Origin: Archangiaceae bacterium
Lineage (GTDB): Bacteria; Myxococcota; Myxococcia; Myxococcales; Myxococcaceae
Assembly (NCBI GenBank): GCA_043750125.1
Contig: JAYVCD010000028.1
Span: forward strand, 1 to 53,372
DNA length: 53,372 nucleotides
Direction: 5' to 3'
This document shows positions 18,506 to 27,260 of the stretch, piece by piece. The translations under genes were made by a program, and so were the position numbers. Below the pieces are notes generated by a model that was given only the letters and a program-made list of their open reading frames with translations, made no database searches and was not told the origin of the DNA. How positions within the stretch are numbered: position 1 is the stretch's first letter; every line of letters begins with the position of its first letter.

Positions 18506-19228
18506 CTAGTCTTCCTTGAGGCGAGAGGTGGGAGCGGGCCCCGGCAGCGGCGGAAACTTCGGGTTGTCCTCGGCTCCGGACGAGCGCAGGTAATGCGGCT
18601 CGAGCGCGAACATCGTTTGCAGATCAAAGGCCGGGGGAAGTTTCGCCAGGCGCGCCAGGCACACTGCGCTCGGAAACAAAGGTCCCGGCAGCAACCGGGC
18701 GACTGGAACTCCCAGCGCCTGCAGTTGCTCGGAATATGCAGCGATCGCAGGTCCCAGGACCCAGCCCGGATGCCGCAGCACTTCGGCGGCAAAATCCGAA
18801 ACCGCAAGTGCCTGCTCCGGCCCCAACAAGACAACCCCCTGGCCTTCCCTTCGGTAGCGCCCGAGGAACAGCTCGCCCTTCTTGACCACCGCAGCGCATG
18901 ACAGCTCTACCCTTGGGGGGCCTTCGAGCGCGATTGCGGCCAGCGACGAGACGCCCGCCAGCGGAATCTTCAACGCGTACGCGAGGCCCTTGAGCGTGGC
19001 CAGGCCGATGCGAAGTCCGGTGAAGCTTCCGGGGCCAAGGCCCGCGACCAACCCCGTCAACGAGCTGGGAGTCAGTCCGTGCCGCCGCAGCAGCGCCTCG
19101 ATTTCACCAGGCAATACCTCGCTGGTGCGGCGCGGCGGTCCGACGGCGAGCTGTTCGATGACCGCGCCGCCCGGCTCGAGCAGCGCCAGGCTCAGGGTCA
19201 AGGTCGAGGTGTCGAGCGCCAGCAGCAA
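18506..19228 (-). CDS. tsaB: t6A biosynthesis protein TsaB
   Basis: LLALDTST, GLGPGSFTGLRIG, GVSSL, LEPHYLR. Confidence 0.94.
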   Translation of the reverse strand: MLLALDTSTLTLSLALLEPGGAVIEQLAVGPPRRTSEVLPGEIEALLRRHGLTPSSLTGLVAGLGPGSFTGLRIGLATLKGLAYALKIPLAGVSSLAAIALEGPPRVELSCAAVVKKGELFLGRYRREGQGVVLLGPEQALAVSDFAAEVLRHPGWVLGPAIAAYSEQLQALGVPVARLLPGPLFPSAVCLARLAKLPPAFDLQTMFALEPHYLRSSGAEDNPKFPPLPGPAPTSRLKED

Positions 19229-19281
19229 AGTCAGTGGCGCTTAGCACCGCACGCGATCAACCACAGCTGAACGTCTGCGGC

Positions 19282-19959
19282 TCACCAAGCCACCGCAACG
19301 CCGAGCAACACGAAGTTCGATGCATCTTCCCCTCCGCTCTGGTCTTTCCATCCACCCGCCAGGTAGGCGACCGCCCGAGGAAAATCAGAAACGATGATCT
19401 GGTCCTCGACCCACAGCTGGACCTCCGGGCCGAGCTGAAGCCCCGCGCCGATCCTCATCGCGACGTTGAGCAAGAACTGGCTTCGCCCCCCGGCCTCGGG
19501 TCCCACGATGAAGTTCTCTCCACCAAAGCCGGGCCCCCCTACCAGGCTGAGAAACCAGGGGTCGAACTGCCGGTGCCAGTCGAGCATCGGGTACACCACC
19601 AGGTGATCCAACCAACCATCGACTGCAGTGCCCGAAACGCGGGTCACTCCCTTCACCCGAACGGTGGACGACAAAGTCCGAAGCCTGAAGCCGACCGAAC
19701 GCCGGGGCCACGCCGCATGCAGATCCACTCCCAGCACCACCGGGGCCCCAAAGTGAATGTCTCTTTCTTCAGCCGACTCGACCACCTGCGCAAAGCCGCT
19801 GCCCACCAGCAGCGCCGCAGAAAGGTGACTTCCGTCGGCCTCGTCTGCCTCGTCTGCCGCGGCACTCGTGGGCCACGGCAGCAACGGCAAAGCGATGAAG
19901 AGCAGCGCTCGACCCGCACGCTCCGTCAGCACGGCCCTGCTGTTCTCCCAGGTCTTCAT
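19282..19959 (-). CDS. Hypothetical exported protein, possible small outer-membrane beta-barrel
   Basis: Hydrophobic leader ending SAAA, alternating strand pattern, C-terminal VLLGVAVAW; ATGA overlap with the TetR stop. Confidence 0.55.
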   Translation of the reverse strand: MKTWENSRAVLTERAGRALLFIALPLLPWPTSAAADEADEADGSHLSAALLVGSGFAQVVESAEERDIHFGAPVVLGVDLHAAWPRRSVGFRLRTLSSTVRVKGVTRVSGTAVDGWLDHLVVYPMLDWHRQFDPWFLSLVGGPGFGGENFIVGPEAGGRSQFLLNVAMRIGAGLQLGPEVQLWVEDQIIVSDFPRAVAYLAGGWKDQSGGEDASNFVLLGVAVAW

Positions 19960-20475
19960 CGGAACGCTTTCTTCCGAGGCGAAGACAGCTTCTCGAGTCG
20001 TTCGAACACGCGCCTGCGCAACTGGGGCGAGAGTGGGTCCGTTCCCATCATCGAGCACAACCACAGCCCATCGACCGCCAGCCGTGTGAGCGTCGCATCG
20101 ACCGGATCCAGCCCGTCGGCTTCCAGTCGCTTCTGCCAACGCCGATACGCCTCTCTCAACGGATCCAGCAGCGCAGGAGCCAGAGCCACCGCAGAGATGA
20201 CTGCGGCAGCCGCTGCGTCGGCTTGGGCGGCCGAGGCGGCCGTCGACGTGCGCAGGTAGGCGCGGGTAAAGCGGCCCGAAGCCTTCGCATCGCTCGCCGC
20301 AGCCAGGGCGCACCCCTGCCACCAGCAGTTCCTTCGAAGAAAAATGGTAGAGCAGCCCGCCTTTGCTCAAGCCGGCTTCCTTCGCCACTGCTTCCAGGGT
20401 GAGGAATGCCACTCCATCACGGGCAACCAGGCGCGCGGCCGATTCGAGAATCTTGCTTCGTACGGGCTTCGCCAT
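19956..20475 (-). pseudogene. TetR/AcrR family regulator, frameshifted at about 20310
   Basis: HTH ILESAARLVARDG..LTLEAVAKEAGLSKGGLLYHFSSKE in one frame; C-domain GRFTRAYL...LLDPLREAYRRWQ...LAVDGLW in another; junction reads GTG-C-GCC. Confidence 0.85.
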
Positions 20476-20484
20476 TGCCCCCCG

Positions 20485-20508
20485 ACTAAACCGTCCAGCC
20501 GGTACAGT
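20485..20508. promoter_or_regulatory. Probable TetR operator (imperfect palindrome)
   Basis: ACTAAACCG-TCCAGC-CGGTACAGT, 7/9 arm match, 9 nt upstream of the TetR start codon. Confidence 0.65.
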
Positions 20509-20530
20509 CACACGGCACTGAGCCGAGCTA

Positions 20531-22189
20531 CTACCTCAGCATGCGGGTAATGTCGTTCTTGAACACCAGCACCATCAGCACCGCGAGCATCGCCAACCCC
20601 ACGAGGTTCGCGTACTCGCGGGCCTTGATCGGAATCGGTCTGCGGCGAATGCCTTCCCACAGCGCTGCCAGCAGCGCGAAGCCATCGAGCACCGGAATCG
20701 GCAACAGATTCACCAAGCCCAGGTTGACGCTAACGAGGGCCATGTTTCCAATGAATGTTTCGATCCCCAGCTCGGCGCTCTTCGAGGCGACCTGAAAGAG
20801 CATGATCGGCCCACCCACCGACTCGAGAGGAACGTGCCCGGTAAACAGTCGGTAGAAGATGAGGCCAATCTTCCGAATGATCTTCGGTAGGTTTTTTACC
20901 GACGCGACCAGCGCGTCCTTCGGGCCCATCGTCAGAGTCACCAGCTCTTCGGCTGGCCCCGCCGCCAGCGGATCGCGTCCGCCGCGAAACGCAGGCCGTT
21001 CGAGCAGCCCGAGCTCGAGCTGCTCGATGCGATTCTTGAAGTCGTCCTCGACGGTGATCATCGCCTGCGCCAGCGGTTGGGTTTTTTCGACACCGTCGCT
21101 GCGCCAGGTGAGTTGAAACGGCTTTTTTTCCAGCGCGGCCAACTCGAGCTCGACCGACATCCACGAGCTGAGCGTGTGCGCGTCGATTTTCAACAACCGG
21201 TCGCCGCGCTTGATGTGGGCTTCTGCCGCGGGCGTACCGGGGCTGACGCTCCACACGTAGAGGTCGCCCGACTCAGCGCCCAGCGCGGCAAAGCCTTCGC
21301 CCTCTTGCTTCTGCATCTTCACCGTCAGCAGCTCAGGCACCACAATCGTCGCCCCTGCCACCGGCTGAAGCTGCGAACGCGCGACCGACAGCTCGAGGGC
21401 ACCCGTCGCTTTTGCGATCGCCTTTTGAAACTGCAGCTCATCCCGCACCCCTTCGCCATTGACTGAGAGAATCCGATCAAAGGTACGCAGCCCCGCAGCC
21501 TCAGCAGAGGAATCTTTCGGTACGCCGATGATTGGCGCTCGACCGCGGGGCCAGATGCCCAGCAAGCCGCGCTGCACTTTCTCGATCGGGTCAGTCTCGG
21601 TGGTCATCATCGGCTTGAGCGTGACCACCACCTCTTCCTTGTCTCGCTCGAGAGTGATGGTCACGTCCTGATTGGCGGCCCCCGAGACCAGCTCGCGAAT
21701 CTCGCCAAAGCTGCGCACCTCTTTCCCGTCGATCTTCTTGATGTAGTCGCCGGGCTTGATCCCCGCGCGCGCCGCCGGAAGCTCGGGCTCGAGCCACCCG
21801 ACCCGCGGAGCGATCACCTGGGTGCTGCCGACGTAGAGAAAGAAGAACGCGATGATCGGAAACAGCAGGTTGAAAGAAGGTCCCGCGACCACGATCAGCG
21901 CGCGCTTCCACCACGTCTGGGCCTGGAAGCTTCGCCCCAAATCTGCCGGAGCCACCTCGTCGTCCGGCTCTTGCCCCGCCATCTTCACGTAGCCACCCAG
22001 CGGCAGCCACGCGACGCGGTACTCGGTTTCACCTCGGGTGAAGCCGAAAATGCGTGGACCAAAGCCAATGCTGAACTTCAGCACCTTGACGTTGCAGGCC
22101 TTGGCAACGAGGAAATGCCCCAGCTCGTGCACGGTGACCAGAACGCCAAGGAAGATGATGAAGAAGACGGTGTTCTGGATCGCCGACAT
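20531..22189 (-). CDS. rseP: RIP metalloprotease RseP (M50) with multiple PDZ domains
   Basis: VHELGH, FSIGFGP, PLGGYVKM, AGPSFN, NLLPIPVLDG; three PDZ-like repeats. Confidence 0.96.
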   Translation of the reverse strand: MSAIQNTVFFIIFLGVLVTVHELGHFLVAKACNVKVLKFSIGFGPRIFGFTRGETEYRVAWLPLGGYVKMAGQEPDDEVAPADLGRSFQAQTWWKRALIVVAGPSFNLLFPIIAFFFLYVGSTQVIAPRVGWLEPELPAARAGIKPGDYIKKIDGKEVRSFGEIRELVSGAANQDVTITLERDKEEVVVTLKPMMTTETDPIEKVQRGLLGIWPRGRAPIIGVPKDSSAEAAGLRTFDRILSVNGEGVRDELQFQKAIAKATGALELSVARSQLQPVAGATIVVPELLTVKMQKQEGEGFAALGAESGDLYVWSVSPGTPAAEAHIKRGDRLLKIDAHTLSSWMSVELELAALEKKPFQLTWRSDGVEKTQPLAQAMITVEDDFKNRIEQLELGLLERPAFRGGRDPLAAGPAEELVTLTMGPKDALVASVKNLPKIIRKIGLIFYRLFTGHVPLESVGGPIMLFQVASKSAELGIETFIGNMALVSVNLGLVNLLPIPVLDGFALLAALWEGIRRRPIPIKAREYANLVGLAMLAVLMVLVFKNDITRMLR

Positions 22190-22209
22190 TTCAGCTCAGG
22201 TTAACCGGG

Positions 22210-23040
22210 TCACTGGTGCAGTGCCACGCGTCCGAACTGGACCCAGAGCAAAACCATGGGGGCGTTGAAGAGCAACGCATCGACTCGGTCGAGCATTCCA
22301 CCGTGCCCGGGAATCATTTTTCCCGAGTCCTTCACCTCGTACGCCCGCTTGAGCATCGACTCGCACAGATCTCCCGCCGGGCCGAGGATCCCCCCGAGGA
22401 TTCCCATCACCAGCGCGTCCAGGGCCGTCATTGCGGTGAAGAAACCGAACTTCACGATGAACAGCCCCAGAATGCTTCCCACCATTCCACCCGCGAAGCC
22501 TTCCCACGTCTTGTTCGGGCTGACCGCGGGGTAGAGCTTGTGCTTGCCGAACTGCCGCCCCGCGAAATAGGCCGTCGTGTCGTTCATCCACGTCACCACC
22601 AAAGCGCAGACCAACCACCAACCCCCGTTGGGCAGGTTGCGCACGGTCATCAGCGCGGTCATTCCGCCTCCGCAGTACACGAGCGCGGTGACCAGGTGCG
22701 CGACGCGGGTGGGCGCTTCGAGCAGCGGGCCCTTCACCAGGTGCCACAGCCAGGCGGCAAAGACCACCACCCCGATCAGGCCCCCGACCAGCGCCGCGGG
22801 TTCCCACGGATTCCACACCACCGTCAGTGGCATCAGCCCAGCTACCAGGACGGTGAACCACCCGATAGGTGACAGTTCCTTCAAGGTGATCTTGATGTAC
22901 TCGCCCGTCGCGGACGACGAGCCCCACACCAGCAGCACCGCGGTGAACCAGCCTCCGCGATAGAGCAGGTAAATGATGATCGGCAGCAGCACCGCCGCCG
23001 AGCCAAGTCGGATCAGCAGGTTCTTGTTCTTGTCTGTCAC
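22210..23040 (-). CDS. cdsA: Phosphatidate cytidylyltransferase
   Basis: WMNDTTAYFAG, SPNKTWEG, GDLCESMLKR, KDSG..IPGHGGMLDRVD; GTG start at 23040. Confidence 0.96.
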   Translation of the reverse strand: MTDKNKNLLIRLGSAAVLLPIIIYLLYRGGWFTAVLLVWGSSSATGEYIKITLKELSPIGWFTVLVAGLMPLTVVWNPWEPAALVGGLIGVVVFAAWLWHLVKGPLLEAPTRVAHLVTALVYCGGGMTALMTVRNLPNGGWWLVCALVVTWMNDTTAYFAGRQFGKHKLYPAVSPNKTWEGFAGGMVGSILGLFIVKFGFFTAMTALDALVMGILGGILGPAGDLCESMLKRAYEVKDSGKMIPGHGGMLDRVDALLFNAPMVLLWVQFGRVALHQ

Positions 23041-23798
23041 GGGGCTCGACGGCCGGTCGGCACCTGGCCAAAGCGACGCTCGCGGCGCTGGTAGGCCTCG
23101 AGGCAATCCAGCAATTGGCTCACTCGAAAGTCGGGAAACAGCGCATCGGTGAACACGAATTCTGCGTAGGCCGACTGCCAGAGCAGAAAATTGGAAATCC
23201 GATGTTCCCCGCTGGTGCGGATCACCAGGTCCACCGACGGAAGATCTGCGGTCCACAGCTCGGCCGCCAGCTGGTCCTCTCCAATCTCGCTGGCTTTGAG
23301 CTTTCCGGTTTCGACCTTGATCGCCAGCCTCTTTGCCGCCTGAACCAGCTCTTCGCGGCCGCCGTACGAGAGTGCCAGCGTCAGCACCATCCCCGTGTTC
23401 TTCGCGCTCACGGCCCGCAGCTCTTCCAGAGGCTCACGCACCAGCGCCGGCAGACGGGCCAGCTCGCCGACCGCATTCAACCGGATTCCGTTCTCGAGGA
23501 TCTCGCTTCGCTCTTTAACCAGGTACTCGCGCAGCAGCTCCATCAGCCCGGCGACTTCGGTGGGAGGCCGGCTCCAGTTCTGCGCCGAGAAGGCGTACAG
23601 AGTGAGCGCTTTGATCCCCACCCGCCGGGCGCAGCGGGTAATTTCTTTGACGCTCTTGCTGCCCTCGCGGTGCCCTTCCAGGCGCGGCCAGCCCTTGGCT
23701 TCGGCCCAGCGGCCGTTGCCGTCCATGATGATCCCCACGTGCCCCGGGAGCGGCCCGGCCTTCACCTCATCTTCGCGCTGGCTGGTGGATGGACTCAT
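23037..23798 (-). CDS. uppS: Undecaprenyl diphosphate synthase
   Basis: HVGIIMDGNGRWA, LYAFSAQNWSRP, SYGGR, DLVIRTSGEHRISNFLLWQ, RERRFG. Confidence 0.97.
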   Translation of the reverse strand: MSPSTSQREDEVKAGPLPGHVGIIMDGNGRWAEAKGWPRLEGHREGSKSVKEITRCARRVGIKALTLYAFSAQNWSRPPTEVAGLMELLREYLVKERSEILENGIRLNAVGELARLPALVREPLEELRAVSAKNTGMVLTLALSYGGREELVQAAKRLAIKVETGKLKASEIGEDQLAAELWTADLPSVDLVIRTSGEHRISNFLLWQSAYAEFVFTDALFPDFRVSQLLDCLEAYQRRERRFGQVPTGRRAP

Positions 23799-23944
23799 CG
23801 AGGGAAAAGGGGCGCGGGACCGTACCAGAAGGTCATGGTGAGCCAAGGAGTAACCCCTCACCTGATATCGCAGATAAAAACCACGGCGGGCGGTCGTCCC
23901 GAGACAGCGAGCCGTCGGAACTCGACTAGCATCCGCGCCCCTAT

Positions 23945-25132
23945 ATGCCTCCGAAGGTCATTGGTCCCTACCGCGTCCTCGAGACTCTGGGCAGCGGCGG
24001 GGTCGGCACGGTCTACCGGGCGATCGATCGGCGCAGCGGCGAGATGGCAGCCCTGAAACTGCTTTCCACCGGCCCTGCGCTCGACCCGCGCGCCGCCCGC
24101 AGACTGGCCCGAGAATTCGAAACGCTCGAGGACCTCTCACACCCCAACGTCGTGAAGGTCTATGACACCGGCGTCTACCAGGGCTACCCCTACCTGGCGA
24201 TGGAACTGGTCGAAGGACTGACGCTGCGACACTACCTCGCGCTTTCGCCGACCGATTTGACGAGCGAACAGGGGTTGTCCAACGCGATCGCCGAGCACCG
24301 CAAGCACCTCAACGCCCCCCTCGGGGCCTCACAGTCCGAAACGTCGTCACTGAACGAAGACGAGACCAGCGGCGACTACCCGCCTTCCCCCTTTGGGCTT
24401 TCGACCTTCGCGCAAGAGGCACCCAGCGAAGAAAATCAAATCGATGAATCGCACGACGAAGAGTACGAGAGCGGCCCGGAATCCGTCCGCGCTCTGGCCG
24501 ATCGCGCCGATGAGCCCGACACCGAGACCTCGGTGTCTGCCGAGTACTCGATGCCCTACGACATTCCCGCGCCTGAAGACCAGGGCCTGGTGGTCAAGGC
24601 CTCGCAGATCGACATCAACATGCTCAATCGCCCCGAGCGCGTCGGTCGATTGAAAGACTCGATGCTGCAGATCTGCGAGGCGCTTTCCTACATTCACGCG
24701 CATGGGTTGATTCATCGCGACCTCAAGCCCTCGAACATCATGGTCGATGAAGATCGCCTGGTGCGCCTGATGGACTTCGGGCTGGCCAAGTTCATCGCCG
24801 ATGACGCCGCGGTCACCGCCGACGGGCGGTTGGTCGGCACCTTCCGCTACATGTCCCCGGAACAGATTCTGGGCGAGAAGCTCGACGCGCGCGCCGACCT
24901 CTATTCGTTGGGAGTGATTCTTTATGAATTGCTCAGCGGCCGCCCGCCCTTCGACGCCAAGACCCCCTATGAGCTTTGGCAAAAAGTGCTCGAGACCGAA
25001 GCAACTCCGATCGGTGCGATCAACACCCGGGGAGACCGCGCCATGTCCCGGGTCGCGCACCGGCTGATTCGCAAAGAGCCGCACGATCGTTTCCAGACGG
25101 CTGAAGAAGTTTTCGAGGCGCTCAACGAATGA
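23945..25132 (+). CDS. Cytoplasmic Ser/Thr protein kinase with large acidic insertion
   Basis: [46 protein letters not shown]; long D/E/S-rich insert after subdomain V. Confidence 0.95.
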   Translation: MPPKVIGPYRVLETLGSGGVGTVYRAIDRRSGEMAALKLLSTGPALDPRAARRLAREFETLEDLSHPNVVKVYDTGVYQGYPYLAMELVEGLTLRHYLALSPTDLTSEQGLSNAIAEHRKHLNAPLGASQSETSSLNEDETSGDYPPSPFGLSTFAQEAPSEENQIDESHDEEYESGPESVRALADRADEPDTETSVSAEYSMPYDIPAPEDQGLVVKASQIDINMLNRPERVGRLKDSMLQICEALSYIHAHGLIHRDLKPSNIMVDEDRLVRLMDFGLAKFIADDAAVTADGRLVGTFRYMSPEQILGEKLDARADLYSLGVILYELLSGRPPFDAKTPYELWQKVLETEATPIGAINTRGDRAMSRVAHRLIRKEPHDRFQTAEEVFEALNE

Positions 25133-26031
25133 CTGAATTGCTCGTCTCGCAAAGCTCGGACGGCCAGCGGCTCGACCTCTTCGTCGGCGAGCAGCTCAAG
25201 CTCTCGCGCAGCAAGGTCAAGGCGCTCTTCGAAGCCGACGCGATCCGCCTGCAGGGACGTCGCGCGAAGAAGGGCGATGTGATCGCGGTCGGGCAGACGG
25301 TCTGGGTCAAACAGGTCGAAGAAGCTCCGCGCGCCGCCACGGCCGAACCCCTGGCGCCGCTGGTCGTCTTGCACGTCGACGAGGCGCTGGTGTTCATCGA
25401 CAAACAGGCTGGCCTGCCCAGCCACCCGCTGCTGCCCGGCGAGACCGGCACCGTCGCCAACGCGCTCGTCGCCCGCTACCCCGAGTGCATTGCCGCAGGT
25501 CTCGATGAACGCGAAGGAGGCCTGTGTCATCGGCTCGACACTGAGACCTCTGGAGTCTTGCTCGCCGCTCGAACCCGCGCCGCCTGGGAAAAAATGAGGG
25601 AAGCGTTTTCAGGCACCGGCACCGACAAGCGCTACCTCGCGCTCGTCACCGGCCCCCTGGCCGACGAGGGGGAAATCGAGCTCAAGCTCTCTCACCATGG
25701 TGAACGGGTTCGCCCCGCCGCAGCAGGAGGAAGCGACGCGCGCGAGGCCCACAGCACCTTCGTCGCCCTGGGCCGCAGCGGGGAATACACCCTGGTCGAA
25801 GTGCAGATCCTCACCGGGGTCATGCACCAGGTCCGCGCCCACCTGGCGGCGGTCGGAGCATCGATCGTGGGCGACTCGCTGTACGGCGGCCGGGCCGAGC
25901 CCGGGCTCAACCGCTTCTTTCTTCACGCCCGCTCGCTGCAGGTCACTCACCCCACCACCGGCTCGAAGCTGAAGGTCGAGAGCCCGCTGCCCGAAGAGCT
26001 GGCGGCTGTCCTTCGCGCTCACGGGCTGTGA
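25129..26031 (+). CDS. RluA/RluD family pseudouridine synthase with S4 domain
   Basis: [47 protein letters not shown]. Confidence 0.94.
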   Translation: MTELLVSQSSDGQRLDLFVGEQLKLSRSKVKALFEADAIRLQGRRAKKGDVIAVGQTVWVKQVEEAPRAATAEPLAPLVVLHVDEALVFIDKQAGLPSHPLLPGETGTVANALVARYPECIAAGLDEREGGLCHRLDTETSGVLLAARTRAAWEKMREAFSGTGTDKRYLALVTGPLADEGEIELKLSHHGERVRPAAAGGSDAREAHSTFVALGRSGEYTLVEVQILTGVMHQVRAHLAAVGASIVGDSLYGGRAEPGLNRFFLHARSLQVTHPTTGSKLKVESPLPEELAAVLRAHGL

Positions 26032-27257
26032 CGCGAGCGATTCTTCACCTCGACATGGACGCGTTCTATGCGTCGGTCGAACAACGCGACGACCCTTCCC
26101 TGCGAGGAAAGCCCGTCATCGTCGGAGGTCACCCCACCCGCGGCGTCGTGCTCGCCGCCAGCTACGAAGCCCGACCCTTTGGAGTCAAAAGCGCCCTCCC
26201 GATGTCTCAGGCGCTTCGCCTCGCGCCCCACGCAAGGGTGGTCGCTCCGCGCCCGCACGCGTATGCCGACGCCAGCGAAGCGGTCTTCAAGATCTTCGAG
26301 CAGGTCACTCCACTGATCGAGCCGCTGTCGCTCGACGAGGCCTTTCTCGACGTAACCGGTTCGGTGACCCTTTTTGGCGCGCCCTCGGAAATTGCCGCAG
26401 ATCTGCGCGCGCGAATCTTGAAAGAAGTGGGGCTGCCTGCCTCGGCCGGAATCGCCGAAGTGAAGTACGTGGCCAAGGTGGCCTCGGACTTCGCAAAGCC
26501 CAACGGTCAGCGCGAAGTCCTGCCCGGAACGGCGAGGGAATTTCTGGCTCCGCTGCCGGTGTCGCGGCTGTGGGGGGTAGGTCCTCGCACCGAAGAGACG
26601 CTGCGCCTGCTCGGGCTGAAGACAATCGGAGATCTGGCCCGAAGAGATTGTGCGTGGCTCGAGCAGAAGCTCGGACCTTCGGGACTTCATCTCTGGGAAC
26701 TTTCCCAGGGCATCGATGATCGGCCGGTGGTGCCTGATCGCGAAGCCAAGAGCATCGGCGCGCAGGACACCTTCGAGGAAGACCTCTTCGGGCAGGACGC
26801 GCTGCTGCCCCACTTACATTCCCAGGCTCTGCGGGTGGGTCGGCGAATGCGGCGCGCGGGAGTCAAGGCCCGGGTGGTCGAGCTGTCCGTGAAGTACTCG
26901 GACTTCACCTCTCTCACCCGGCGAATCACCCTCGAGCAGTCGACCGACGACGGGCAGGCCCTCTACCGCGAAGCGATCGCCTTGCTGGCGAAGGTAGATC
27001 TGAAGCGGAAGATTCGGCTCACCGGAGTCAGCGCGCAAGACTTCGGCGGCAGCAGCGACCAGCTCGGCCTGTTTGCCGCGGCTGGGCCTTCGAAGTCCGA
27101 CAAGCTCAACGCGGCCCTCGACAAGATTGCTTCGAAGTACGGAGGCGCAGTGATTGTCCCTGCGGACCTCAAAGACAGCACGCCCGATGATGAGCGCGAC
27201 GAGTACCGCCGCCAGATGGGCGCCCGCCGCGGAGACGTGCGGCAGGACGATGAGTAG
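26028..27257 (+). CDS. dinB: DNA polymerase IV
   Basis: HLDMDAFYASVE, AASYEAR, SLDEAF, AKVASD..KPNG, WGVG, clamp-binding motif QLGLF. Confidence 0.95.
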   Translation: MTRAILHLDMDAFYASVEQRDDPSLRGKPVIVGGHPTRGVVLAASYEARPFGVKSALPMSQALRLAPHARVVAPRPHAYADASEAVFKIFEQVTPLIEPLSLDEAFLDVTGSVTLFGAPSEIAADLRARILKEVGLPASAGIAEVKYVAKVASDFAKPNGQREVLPGTAREFLAPLPVSRLWGVGPRTEETLRLLGLKTIGDLARRDCAWLEQKLGPSGLHLWELSQGIDDRPVVPDREAKSIGAQDTFEEDLFGQDALLPHLHSQALRVGRRMRRAGVKARVVELSVKYSDFTSLTRRITLEQSTDDGQALYREAIALLAKVDLKRKIRLTGVSAQDFGGSSDQLGLFAAAGPSKSDKLNAALDKIASKYGGAVIVPADLKDSTPDDERDEYRRQMGARRGDVRQDDE

Positions 27258-27260
27258 CTT

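Noticed and set aside
19282..20511. 409-aa TetR-HTH/outer-membrane fusion as a genuine novel protein
   Set aside because: The TetR C-terminal domain is in another frame; the fusion is a by-product of the frameshift at about 20310.
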